A DNA stretch of 64,000 bases from Sumerlaeia bacterium (GTDB taxonomy: Bacteria > Sumerlaeota > Sumerlaeia > SLMS01 > JAHLLQ01), in assembly GCA_040219255.1 (NCBI GenBank), contig JAVJSW010000060.1:128001-192000 (forward strand), in the 5' to 3' direction. The notes beneath the pieces are model-generated. The model made no database searches, was not told the DNA's origin, and was given only the letters and a program-made list of their open reading frames with translations. A program made the translations under genes and the position numbers. Of the stretch, positions 8,674 through 17,967 are shown piece after piece; position 1 is the stretch's first letter, and the number at the start of each line of letters is the position of its first letter.

Positions 8674-9378
8674 ATGTCCACCGCACCCGTCGTCGCGATC
8701 GACGGCCCCGTCGGAGTCGGAAAATCGAGCGTGGCCCGAACCGTGGCCGACCATCTCGGATTCCGCCATCTCGACACCGGGGCGATGTACCGCTGTGTGG
8801 CGCTGGCGCGGATGCGGCTCGTCGAGGCGGAGGGCGCCGACGTGGCCCCCGAACGCGTGGCCCGGATGGCTCGCGACCTCGACATCGACCTGCGCGAGGA
8901 CGGCTCCGTCTACCTCGGCGGCGAGGACGTCGGCGAAGCGATCCGCGCGGAAGAGGTGAGTCGCGAAGTGGCCCGCGTGGCCGACAATCGCGCCGTGCGT
9001 GAGGCCCTGGTCGAGCAGCAGCGCCGCATCGGCCTGCAACGGCCGTCGGTCCTCGAAGGCCGCGACATCGGCACCGTCGTGTTCCCCGACGCCCACTGGA
9101 AGTACTACCTCGACGCGTCGCCCCAGGTGCGGGCGGACCGGCGGGCCTCGCAACTCGAGGAGATGGGCCTCTCGCGCCCGTCGGAGGAAATTCTGCACAA
9201 CCTGCTGGAGCGCGACCGCCGCGACCGGGCCCGCCCCTGGGGCGCTCTGCGCGTGGCCGAGGACGCGACGCTCGTCGATACCACGGGCCTGAGCTTCGAC
9301 CGCGTGGTGGACCTGATCTGTTGTCTCGTGCGGGAAGATCCCTGTCCGGCCCTGGCGAGCCACGCCGCCGTTTCCTAA
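8674..9378 (+). CDS. cmk: Cytidylate kinase
   Basis: AIDGP.G.GKSS, LDTGAMYR, EGRDIGTVVFPDA, RDRRD. Confidence 0.96.
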   Translation: MSTAPVVAIDGPVGVGKSSVARTVADHLGFRHLDTGAMYRCVALARMRLVEAEGADVAPERVARMARDLDIDLREDGSVYLGGEDVGEAIRAEEVSREVARVADNRAVREALVEQQRRIGLQRPSVLEGRDIGTVVFPDAHWKYYLDASPQVRADRRASQLEEMGLSRPSEEILHNLLERDRRDRARPWGALRVAEDATLVDTTGLSFDRVVDLICCLVREDPCPALASHAAVS

Positions 9379-9450
9379 GCCCACACTTTCCAAAGCCTCA
9401 CAAACCAAGCTGTCCCTCCGTGACGTCTCAACAGTCAGAAAGAACGCCCC

Positions 9451-10899
9451 ATGCCCCTGCGCCTTTACAACACCCTCAACCGCCAGAAGGAAGACTTCAC
9501 GCCCCTCGATCCGGAAGGCAAGAAGGTCAGCTTCTATAACTGTGGCCCCACGGTTTACGGGCCGTTCCACATCGGCAACGGGCGCAATTTCGTCGTGGTG
9601 GATACGATGCGGCGGTGGCTGGAAGCGTCGGGCTATCAGGTCCGATTCGTCCAGAACATCACCGACGTGGACGACAAGATCATCAACCGGGCGAAGGTAG
9701 AAGGAGTCGGCAGCGCCGAGGTCGCTGAGAAATACACCAAGCTCTTCTTCGAACACCTCGCCCTCCTGGGCGTGCGCCGCGCCGACGAGCACCCGAAGGC
9801 CACCGAACACATCGGCGGCATGATCGAACTGGTGCAGACGCTGATTGACCGCGGCCACGCCTACGCCAGCGAGGACGGCTCGGTGTGGTACAGCGTGTCG
9901 AGCTTCCAGGGCTACGGTAAGCTGTCGCGCAAGAACCTGGACGACATGCGCCAGGGCGAGCGCGTCGCCGCCGAGCAGCAGCGGCTCAAACGCGCGCCGG
10001 AGGACTTTTCGCTCTGGAAAGCCGCCAAACCCGGCGAACCGGCCTGGGACTCGCCCTGGGGCAAGGGCCGGCCGGGGTGGCATCTGGAGTGCTCCTGCAT
10101 GTCGATGAAGTGCCACAACGCGCCCACCATCGACATCCACAGCGGCGGCACGGACCTGACCTTTCCACACCACGAAAACGAAATCGCCCAGAGCGAAGGC
10201 GCCACCGGTAAACCCTTCGTCCGCTATTGGTTGCACAACGGCTTCGTGAATATCGACGGCGAGAAGATGAGCAAGTCGCTCGGTAACTTCAAGACCATCG
10301 ACGGGCTGCTGGAGCATTACGATTCGCTGACGCTGCGGCACTTCCTGCTGTCGGCGCATTACCGCTCGGAACTGGATTTCACGGTCGAGAACCTCGATTC
10401 GGCCAAGAAGGCGTGCGGGCGCTACGCCCTGGCCTGCGCCGAGGCGCGGCGGGTGCTGGGCGACGCGGCGGTGGAGGCGGATGCCTGGAAGTCGCACACG
10501 GACCTGATGGCGGCGTGGGAGAAATTCGCCTGCGCCATGGACGACGATTTCAACACGCCGGGCGCGTTCGGGGCGTTGTTCGAGGCCCTGCCGCTGCTGA
10601 ACGCCGAGCGCACAGCGGTGGAGAAGGGCTCGGGCGACCGGGCGCGGCTCGCGGCGGCGCTGTCGCTGATCGAGGCCATGCGCGCCGTCCTCGGCGTCAC
10701 GGCGGACCTGGAAGCCACGGACACGGGCGGCGGCGACGACCTCTCGGCGGCCCTCCTCGACCTGCTGGTGGAAACGCGCACGGAAGCCCGCCGCGCCAAG
10801 CAGTTCGCCATCGCGGATACGATTCGCCAGCGCCTCGGCGGCCTGGGGATTGTGCTGGAGGACAAACCCGGCGGCGAAACGATCTGGCGCAAGGGTTGA
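9451..10899 (+). CDS. cysS: Cysteine--tRNA ligase
   Basis: CGPTVY, HIGN, GRPGWHLECS, FPHHENE, KMSKS, DDFNTP. Confidence 0.98.
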   Translation: MPLRLYNTLNRQKEDFTPLDPEGKKVSFYNCGPTVYGPFHIGNGRNFVVVDTMRRWLEASGYQVRFVQNITDVDDKIINRAKVEGVGSAEVAEKYTKLFFEHLALLGVRRADEHPKATEHIGGMIELVQTLIDRGHAYASEDGSVWYSVSSFQGYGKLSRKNLDDMRQGERVAAEQQRLKRAPEDFSLWKAAKPGEPAWDSPWGKGRPGWHLECSCMSMKCHNAPTIDIHSGGTDLTFPHHENEIAQSEGATGKPFVRYWLHNGFVNIDGEKMSKSLGNFKTIDGLLEHYDSLTLRHFLLSAHYRSELDFTVENLDSAKKACGRYALACAEARRVLGDAAVEADAWKSHTDLMAAWEKFACAMDDDFNTPGAFGALFEALPLLNAERTAVEKGSGDRARLAAALSLIEAMRAVLGVTADLEATDTGGGDDLSAALLDLLVETRTEARRAKQFAIADTIRQRLGGLGIVLEDKPGGETIWRKG

Positions 10900-11113
10900 T
10901 GCCGCTGCCGCTGGCGTGGCGGCGGGCGGCCGGGGGCATTTGGGGGCGTGGGTGAGATTCGGCATGGTGGCGGGGCTCCTGCGGCTTGGGGTCTGACAGG
11001 AGGGAGCCTCTCACAGGCCCGGTCGTTTGTCCCCTCATGTGGAGCTTGTGGGACAAGAAAGACAAAATACACTTGTGGGCCTTAGCGGAGGAAGGCGGTG
11101 TGCGGGGGATGGA

Positions 11114-11145
11114 AATTCACCGCAGAGGCGCGGAGGGCGCAGAGG
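11114..11145 (+). repeat. ~9-nt-period intergenic repeat
   Basis: AATTCACCGCAGAGGCGCGGAGGGCGCAGAGG, near-identical to the reverse complement of 7119-7150. Confidence 0.75.
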
Positions 11146-11165
11146 GGGTGGCGCCCCCCCCGCAT

Positions 11166-11286
11166 GTAGTTCCGCCTTCAGGCGGAAAGCCGGCCCGCGC
11201 CGTGGTTGGATTATAGAGAGAAACGCCACGGGGCAAGGACCCCGCGGCGTTTTTCTCGGACCAGTTCCGCCTAAAGGCGGGACTAC
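11166..11286. repeat. GTAG-type REP inverted doublet (REPIN-like)
   Basis: GTAG-TTCCGCC-TTCA-GGCGGAA at 11166-11187; inverted copy at 11265-11286 (rc GTAGTCCCGCCTTTAGGCGGAA); internal hairpin GAGAGAAACGCCACGGGG...CCCCGCGGCGTTTTTCTC. Confidence 0.8.
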
Positions 11287-11318
11287 GAACACATAGAAGG
11301 GGGCGCGTTGCAGGCCCC

Positions 11319-12515
11319 TCAATCCTCGGCCTTGCCGCCGCGGGCCATCAGGACCATGCGGGGCCAGAAGATTGCCAGCGTTTCCACCAAGTCCTTCTGG
11401 GCCTCCATCACTTCCTCGATGCGCTTATAGGCCTGCGGGGCTTCGTCCACGCCGGCGGCGAGGAGTTCGATGCCACGCTCGGCCAGGTAGGCGCGCATCG
11501 CCGAACCGGTGATGGTCTGGCGGGCGGCTTTACGGCTGTGGGCCCGGCCGGCGCCGTGGGCCGCCGAGCACAGCGACGCCGCGTTGCCACGGCCCCGCAC
11601 CACAAAGCCCGGGTCGCCCATGGAGCCGGGGATGACGCCCAGCACGCCCTCGCCCGCGGGGGTGGCGCCCTTGCGGTGAACGATCACTTCCTCGCCGTTG
11701 TGGATTTCCTTCCAGGCGAAGTTGTGATGGTTCTCGATCTGCAAGAGCGGCTTCAACCCCGCCGACTTCAGCACCTCGCGGTGGATGCAGTCGTGGTTGG
11801 CGGAGGCGTACTCGCCGGCCAGGTTCATGGACGCCCAATACTCCTGGCCCGCCGGGCTGTGCATCGACAGCCACGCTAGGTTGCGCGCCTGCGGAGGCAG
11901 CTCGGTCAGGTCCTTGGCCAGCCGCGAGTAGGTCTGGGCGATGTTCGCGCCCAGACCCCGCGAGCCCGAATGGCTCATCAGGGCGACGTACTCGCCGGGT
12001 TCGACGCCCAGGTCCGGGCTTTTGACCTCGAGCAGACCCCACTCGGCGAAGTGGTTCCCCGAGCCGGAGGTCCCGAGCTGGGCCCAGGCCTTGTCCTTCA
12101 GGTAGCCGATATGCGGCGGCACGGCGTCCCACGCCGGCGAGTCCATCACCGGGTGGCTGCGCTTCTCGTTCTTGCGGAACTCGCCGCCGACGCCAAAGCA
12201 GGTCTCGCGCGAAAGGGCGTTCTTCAGCTTGCCCTTGAAGCCCTCGTAGCGATCCGATGGCATGTCGGTGATCGAGAGCTTCATTCGGCAGGCGATATCG
12301 ACGCCCACGGCGTAGGGAATCACCGCGTCGCGCACGGCCAGCACGCCGCCGATGGGCAAGCCATAGCCCACGTGGCCGTCGGGCATCTGGGCCGCCGCCA
12401 CGGAAATCGGCAGGCGGCGCGCCACCTCGATCTGGTCCAGGGCACCCTGGTCAATCTGGTCCTGCCCCCACACCGCCAGCGGCACCGGGGCATCCATCAA
12501 TTTGAAAGCAGACAT
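11319..12515 (-). CDS. rtcB: RNA-splicing/repair ligase RtcB
   Basis: MPDGHVGYGLPIGG, VGVDIAC, QLGTSGSGNHFAE, HHN, HRKGATPA, IPGSMG, HGAGR, DEAPQAYK. Confidence 0.95.
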   Translation of the reverse strand: MSAFKLMDAPVPLAVWGQDQIDQGALDQIEVARRLPISVAAAQMPDGHVGYGLPIGGVLAVRDAVIPYAVGVDIACRMKLSITDMPSDRYEGFKGKLKNALSRETCFGVGGEFRKNEKRSHPVMDSPAWDAVPPHIGYLKDKAWAQLGTSGSGNHFAEWGLLEVKSPDLGVEPGEYVALMSHSGSRGLGANIAQTYSRLAKDLTELPPQARNLAWLSMHSPAGQEYWASMNLAGEYASANHDCIHREVLKSAGLKPLLQIENHHNFAWKEIHNGEEVIVHRKGATPAGEGVLGVIPGSMGDPGFVVRGRGNAASLCSAAHGAGRAHSRKAARQTITGSAMRAYLAERGIELLAAGVDEAPQAYKRIEEVMEAQKDLVETLAIFWPRMVLMARGGKAED

Positions 12516-12875
12516 GATCGTCCTTCCTCATTTCGAAAACGGGAGAAAGTTCACGATGAACCGCACGCAAGAACCGGGCGCCTTGAGCGATCTCGCTCAG
12601 GCATCGGCGCATGCGGAATGATCGGCTGACGGGCGTTCAGGCCCAAGCCATCAGTTGTCGAAGTGTCTGGAAAAAAGAGCGGACATGTTGGGTCCTCCTC
12701 ATGCCGGGCAGCAGAGGGGCGCGAGCATGCACAGCGGGCGGCGGCGGGCAAGCTGAATCTTTGCGTCATTTTGGCGATTACGGCGAAACGCCATCGAACT
12801 CATTGACGGAGGCGCCCCCTTGCCTCACAAATGCCCACTCCCTACGACCGAATTCCGAGCGCGAGTCCCCCGACC

Positions 12876-14444
12876 ATGAGCCTCCTGGAAGATCAGCCCG
12901 CCACTAACGTTCGCTTCGTGTCCGACGAGGTGCTGGTGCGGGACAATCCGACGCATATCTGGATCGAGCCCACGAACCGCTGCAACACGCGCTGCAAGCA
13001 CTGCGGCCACTTCTACGATGTCTTTGGCAGAGACATGGACATCGAGCTGTACGAGAAGATCAAGGCGGCGGTGCTCGACGATGTGGAGCGTATCGAGCTG
13101 ATCGGCTATGGCGAACCGCTGATGGCGAAGAACTTCGAGCGTATGTTCGACGATTGCCTGGAGCGCGGCATCCGCATCTATACCACCAGCAACGGCATTC
13201 TGCTGCGCAAGGACGACCTGGTGGCCAAGCTGGTGCGCAGCGATGTGTACCTGTGCCTTTCCATCGACGGCGCGCGTCAGGAAACGTTCGAGCATATCCG
13301 GCCCTATGTGCGGTGGCACAAGATGCTGGAAACGCTCGAGTGCATCAAACGCAACGCCGACGCCGCCGGGCCTGAGACCAAGTTCCGCTTTCGCTTCAAC
13401 TATGTCGCCATGCGCCACAGCATCGGCGATTTGCCGGATCTGGTGCGCCTCGCGCATAAATACGGCGCTGGCGAGGTTTTCGTCCTGCCCCTGGGCGGCG
13501 AGGAGCAATTCGCGGAGGTCAATGGCGAGTCCCTGCGAGATGCGCCGGAGTTGGTCTCGCCGGCGTTCCTGGAAGCGCTGGAACTGGCCGCCGAATACGA
13601 CATCCACCTGACTGTGCCGGAGTCCTTCCGGCCGCTGATCCTGGAAGGCGCCGAGCGCGGCCAGGGCCTGCGCGGGAAAGCCGCCAAAGCGGCCCGCAGA
13701 GCCCGGCTGGCCAGTCTCTATGTGAAGCGCAACGGCTTCTCCGCCGCCTGGCAGCGCATCGTCAAGAAGCCCACCGCCGGCGTCCGCGCCAAGGCCGGCG
13801 TCACCTACTGCAACATGCCATGGAAGGACAGCTACTTCGCCTCCGACGGCAAGATCTATCCTTGCTGCATCATGAACGAAACGCTCGGCGACATGAAGAC
13901 CCAGTCGTGGGAAGAGATCTGGAACGGCGCGGCTTACCGGAACCTGCGGCGCACCGTGCACAGTTGGAACCCGACGGCGGTGTGCCGCTTCTGTCCCCTG
14001 CCGACGGGCATTAACGGCGGCGACGACAAGCAATACGCCCGCTATTTCTCACGGTTCCGCGCCGAGCCGGTGGAGCTCGACGCGGATGGCGTGGCCTTTG
14101 GCGGCGGTTTTCACGGTTTGGAACGCCACGAGGACGGTTCGGCCAGCCATGTCTGGATGGGGAAAACGGGGACGATGACGGTGCCCGCGCGGCGCGGCGC
14201 CAAGTTCCTCCGCCTGACCATCATTACGCGCTCGCCCGGACCGGACCTGAATGCGGGGATCGCCAATGTCAACGGCGGCGAGGACGAGCCCTTCGACAAC
14301 TCCTGCGAGCACCTGCACTTCCCCGTCGAGGGCATCGCGGGCGGGAAAATCGAACTGGCCCTGGAAATGGAGCGGACCCACCACGTCGAGGGCGATTGCC
14401 GGGAGTTGGCGCTGGTGATTCGCGGGGTGGATTATTTGTTTTGA
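12876..14444 (+). CDS. Radical SAM protein with SPASM/twitch-like domain and C-terminal beta-sandwich-like extension
   Basis: CNTRCKHC (CxxxCxxC), GYGEP, TSNG, LSIDG; CNMPW...GKIYPCC...LG.....EIWNG...CRFC. Alternative start at 12831. Confidence 0.88.
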   Translation: MSLLEDQPATNVRFVSDEVLVRDNPTHIWIEPTNRCNTRCKHCGHFYDVFGRDMDIELYEKIKAAVLDDVERIELIGYGEPLMAKNFERMFDDCLERGIRIYTTSNGILLRKDDLVAKLVRSDVYLCLSIDGARQETFEHIRPYVRWHKMLETLECIKRNADAAGPETKFRFRFNYVAMRHSIGDLPDLVRLAHKYGAGEVFVLPLGGEEQFAEVNGESLRDAPELVSPAFLEALELAAEYDIHLTVPESFRPLILEGAERGQGLRGKAAKAARRARLASLYVKRNGFSAAWQRIVKKPTAGVRAKAGVTYCNMPWKDSYFASDGKIYPCCIMNETLGDMKTQSWEEIWNGAAYRNLRRTVHSWNPTAVCRFCPLPTGINGGDDKQYARYFSRFRAEPVELDADGVAFGGGFHGLERHEDGSASHVWMGKTGTMTVPARRGAKFLRLTIITRSPGPDLNAGIANVNGGEDEPFDNSCEHLHFPVEGIAGGKIELALEMERTHHVEGDCRELALVIRGVDYLF

Positions 14445-14469
14445 GAGATAAAGTGAAATACTTTTCTGT

Positions 14470-14615
14470 GTAGCACGGGCGTCCCGCCCGTGACCAGCGG
14501 CGATTTTTATAGACCTGAAACCCCTTGGGGTCCGGTCGATATGAGTCCGCTCTTGGAGATTGGTTGTTGACGTGGGAGAAGACTGGCTGGTCACAGGCTC
14601 AGACGCCCGTGTTAC
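14470..14615. repeat. Second GTAG/GTAA-type REP inverted doublet
   Basis: GTAG-CACGGGCG-TCC-CGCCCGTG-ACCAGC at 14470-14498; degenerate inverted copy at 14586-14615 (rc GTAACACGGGCGTCTGAGCCTGTGACCAGC); between convergent genes. Confidence 0.75.
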
Positions 14616-14619
14616 CTTT

Positions 14620-16905
14620 TTAGCGATCCCGTTCTTTCTTGGTTATCTCTATGGGAATGAACTTCGAAACCGGCGTCCGGCTCCCCTTGGCGAAGCTCCC
14701 CGCCGGGACCAGCACGTTCGTTTCCGGGAAGTAGGCCGCCGCGCAGCCCTTCGGGATGTCGTATACCACGACGCGAAAACCCCCGGCCTCGCGCGTTTTG
14801 CCGTCCTTGGCGAAGCTGCGCAGGGTCACCACGTCGCCATCCGGGAGCCCCCGCTCGGCCGCGTCCTCGGCGTTCACGAACACCACCATCCGCGTGCCGT
14901 AGATGCCGCGATAGCGGTCATCGTTGCCGTAGATCGTCGTGTTGTACTGATCGTGCGAGCGAATCGTCATCAGCCGCAATTGCCCGTCCGGCATCGTCAG
15001 GTCCGGGATGGGCTCGAAGACGAAACGCGCCCGGCCGCCTGAAACGCGCCATTCGCGTTCGCGGGCGGAGTTGCGCAGATGAAACCCGCCAGGGGCGTCG
15101 ATCTTTTCATTGTAGTCAGCGAAGGCCGGAAGGACTTCGGCGATTTTGTCGCGGATCAGGCCATAGTTGCGCCGCATCGCGTCCCACGGCATCGCCGGGT
15201 TGGGGTCGAGGGTGGCCTCCGCCATGCCCGCAACGATGGCCGGTTCGGAGAGCAGGTGTTCCGACGCCGGGCGGTTTTTTCCGACCGAGGCGTGTACCAT
15301 GCTCATCGAGTCCTCGACCGTGACGCGCTGCGGTTCGCCGTTCTGCAGGTCGATTTCCGTGCGGCCTAAGCACGGCAGAATCAACGCCTCGCGTCCATGG
15401 ACCAGATGGCCGCGGTTGAGTTTGGTGCTGACCTGAACGGTCAGCTCGCATCGCCGCAGCGCCGCCCAGGTATGATCGCGGTCGGGCGTGGCGGCGGCGA
15501 AATTGCCGCCCATGGCGATGAAGACCTTCGCGCGGCCCTCGGCCATGGCTTCGATGGCCGCCAACGTGTCCAGGCCGTGGTGCTGCGGGGGCGCGAAGTG
15601 GAAGACTTCACCGAGGCGCTTCAGGAACTCGGGCTTCGGGCGCTCGACGATGCCCACCGTGCGGTCGCCCTGGACGTTGCTGTGGCCGCGCACGGGGCAC
15701 GCGCCCGCCCCCGGGCGGCCGATGTTGCCGCGCATCAGTAGCACATTCATCACGGCCTGAATCGTGGCCACGGCGTGCTCGTGCTGGGTCAGGCCCATGG
15801 CCCAGCAGATGATCGAGCGCTCGGCCCGGGCGTAAATCTCAGCCGTTTCGACAATCGCCGCGCGCGAGAGCCCGGACTGCGCCTCGATCTCGGCCCAGTC
15901 CAGGGCGTGGATGGCGGCGGCGAAGGCCTCGAAATCCTGGGTGTGATCGGCGATAAATTCCGCGTCCAAGACCCCACCTTCGCCCTCGTCCTCCATTTCC
16001 AGAAGTGCCTTGGCCAAGCCATGAAACAGCGCCAAGTCCCCGCCGATCAGGGGCTGGAGGTAGTGGTTGGCGATGGCGGTGCCCTTGCCGGCCAGGACCT
16101 CGAACGGCTGCTTGGGATGGGCGAAGGAAATCAGCCCGCGCTCCTTCAGCGGATTGATCGCCACGATACGCGCGCCTCGGCGCGCGGCCTTCTGCAACTC
16201 CGTCAGCATCCGCGGGTGGTTCGTGCCGGGGTTCTGGCCGACCACAAAGATCGCGTCGGCCAGTTCGAAATCGTCCAGAGTCACCGTGCCCTTGCCGATG
16301 CCGATGCTCGCGGTCAGGGCGGTGCCGCTCGATTCGTGGCACATGTTGCTGCAATCGGGGAAGTTATTGGTGCCAAAGGCCCGGCCAAGGAGCTGATAGA
16401 GAAAGGCCGCTTCGTTGCTGGTGCGGCCCGATGTGTAGAAAATCGCATCGTCGGGCGTGTCCAGCCCCCGCAGTGTCTTGCCGATCAGGGCGAAGGCCGC
16501 CTCCCAAGTCACCGGTTGATAGCGATCCGTTTCGGCGTCGTAGCGCATCGGGTGGGTCAGGCGGCCTTGGTCCTCGAGCCAGTGGTCCGTCCGCGCCATC
16601 AGTTCCGCCACCGAATGGCGGGCGAAGAAATCCGGGTCGGCGCGGCGGCCGGTGGTTTCGGCGGCGATGGCTTTGGCGCCGTTCTCGCAGAATTCGAACG
16701 CGCCGCGGTCCGCCGGGTCCGGCCAGGCGCACCCGGGGCAGTCGAAGCCCCCATCCTGATTCACATCCCACAGCGACTTCCACGTGCGCGCCATCGCGCC
16801 CTGGTGCCAGGTGTGGCGCATCGTGTTGCGAATCGCGCCCAGTCCCCCCGCGGGGCCGGTGTAGGGCTCGACCTTGCCGCTGCTTATCTTCTGATCGTCC
16901 GCCAT
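14620..16905 (-). CDS. FdhF/YdeP-family molybdopterin oxidoreductase
   Basis: PAGGLGA, GFDCPGCAWPD, EFCENGAKA, FYTSGRTSNE, PDCSNMCHE, RGHSNVQG, RSHDQYNTTIYG; start ATG 16905. Confidence 0.94.
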   Translation of the reverse strand: MADDQKISSGKVEPYTGPAGGLGAIRNTMRHTWHQGAMARTWKSLWDVNQDGGFDCPGCAWPDPADRGAFEFCENGAKAIAAETTGRRADPDFFARHSVAELMARTDHWLEDQGRLTHPMRYDAETDRYQPVTWEAAFALIGKTLRGLDTPDDAIFYTSGRTSNEAAFLYQLLGRAFGTNNFPDCSNMCHESSGTALTASIGIGKGTVTLDDFELADAIFVVGQNPGTNHPRMLTELQKAARRGARIVAINPLKERGLISFAHPKQPFEVLAGKGTAIANHYLQPLIGGDLALFHGLAKALLEMEDEGEGGVLDAEFIADHTQDFEAFAAAIHALDWAEIEAQSGLSRAAIVETAEIYARAERSIICWAMGLTQHEHAVATIQAVMNVLLMRGNIGRPGAGACPVRGHSNVQGDRTVGIVERPKPEFLKRLGEVFHFAPPQHHGLDTLAAIEAMAEGRAKVFIAMGGNFAAATPDRDHTWAALRRCELTVQVSTKLNRGHLVHGREALILPCLGRTEIDLQNGEPQRVTVEDSMSMVHASVGKNRPASEHLLSEPAIVAGMAEATLDPNPAMPWDAMRRNYGLIRDKIAEVLPAFADYNEKIDAPGGFHLRNSAREREWRVSGGRARFVFEPIPDLTMPDGQLRLMTIRSHDQYNTTIYGNDDRYRGIYGTRMVVFVNAEDAAERGLPDGDVVTLRSFAKDGKTREAGGFRVVVYDIPKGCAAAYFPETNVLVPAGSFAKGSRTPVSKFIPIEITKKERDR

Positions 16906-16970
16906 CGCGCCGCTCCCGAGAGTCTTCGATGGACAGCTAAACCAGACAGGAGCAGAGAGGACAGAGGAAT

Positions 16971-17093
16971 TCGCCACGGATGGGCACGGATAGGGGTTGG
17001 ATGTGTTTTTTTGCTTAAGACCTTCTTCGAGCGCCATTTCGTCGCTTGTTCATCGCTGCATCCGACTTCACTATCCGTGCCAATCCGTGGCGA
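16971..17093. repeat. Inverted repeat pair (CACGGAT type) between divergent ydeP-like and fdhD genes
   Basis: TCGCCACGGATGGGCACGGATAG (16971-16993) vs rc of 17071-17093, 22/23 identical; complementarity extends imperfectly on both sides. Confidence 0.8.
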
Positions 17094-17142
17094 TTCTTCC
17101 CTCTGCGCAGCCTCCAACCTCCCTTTTCTCAGTGGTTGACCC

Positions 17143-17967
17143 ATGCTAGAAAAAGCCCCCGCGACCCGCTTTCGCCTCGGTCGGCCCGAGGCGGTGATCG
17201 ACCGCCTGACGATGGAAGCGGCGCTGGAACTCGCGGTCAATGGCGAGCCTTTCACCGTGACGATGCGCACGCCGGGGGACGAGCGGTTGCTGGCCCGGGG
17301 GCTGCTGCATACCGAGGGCGTGGTGAGCGATCCTCGCGCCACGATCGCCTGGCGCGAGGAGCTTTACGACGGCACGCGCATCGTTCGCCGCATCGACGCC
17401 ACCGTCCCGCCGGGGGCGCTGGTCCTCGATTTCGCGGGCAAGCGTGCGCTGCTTTCCACCTCGTCCTGCGGGATTTGCGGCAAGCTCGACATCGCCGCCA
17501 CGGGCCTGGAGGGCTGTCCGGTGAAGCTGACCCATGGCGACCGCCTGGATGTGGCGCGGGTGCCGGAGATGATGCGGCGGCTGCGGGCCGAGCAGGAAGC
17601 GTTCGAGTTCACCGGCGGCAGCCACGCGGCGGCGCTCTTCACGCCGGGCGGAGAATTTCTGGCGCTTTTCGAGGACATCGGCCGCCACAACGCCGTGGAC
17701 AAAGCCGTCGGGTGGATGATCGAGCGCCGCGTCGCCCCCCGCGCCCGTGTCCTGGCGGTCAGCGGACGTGTCTCCTATGAAATCGTCGCCAAGGCCTACC
17801 GCGCCCAGATCCCTTTCCTCCTTGCGGTTTCGGCCCCTTCCGGCCTAGCTGTGCAGATGGCAAAGCAGTTCGGGATCACGCTGCTGGCTTTCTGTCGCGA
17901 CGACCGCGCGACGGCCTACAGCCACCCCGAGCATCTGATTTCAGAGGGATTGTCGGTGACGCCATGA
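17143..17967 (+). CDS. fdhD: Formate dehydrogenase accessory sulfurtransferase FdhD
   Basis: TMRTPG, SSCGICG, FEFTGGSHAA, EDIGRHNAVDK, SGRVSYE, SAPS. Confidence 0.95.
   Translation: MLEKAPATRFRLGRPEAVIDRLTMEAALELAVNGEPFTVTMRTPGDERLLARGLLHTEGVVSDPRATIAWREELYDGTRIVRRIDATVPPGALVLDFAGKRALLSTSSCGICGKLDIAATGLEGCPVKLTHGDRLDVARVPEMMRRLRAEQEAFEFTGGSHAAALFTPGGEFLALFEDIGRHNAVDKAVGWMIERRVAPRARVLAVSGRVSYEIVAKAYRAQIPFLLAVSAPSGLAVQMAKQFGITLLAFCRDDRATAYSHPEHLISEGLSVTP

Noticed and set aside
7507-10965. 1152-aa minus-strand ORF, and many other long overlapping ORFs (e.g. 56560-59133, 31866-34409, 27737-29464)
   Set aside because: Shadow or alternative frames of well-supported genes, expected in high-GC DNA; no recognisable motifs
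12516-12875. Sigma54 promoter/rtcR system for rtcB, or a RiPP precursor for the radical SAM enzyme
   Set aside because: Best GG..GC spacing is N12 rather than N10; no rtcR or rtcA gene; small ORFs lack RBS or precursor features
14620-16905. Selenocysteine-containing formate dehydrogenase
   Set aside because: No in-frame TGA; Cys-containing CSNMCHE motif of the YdeP type
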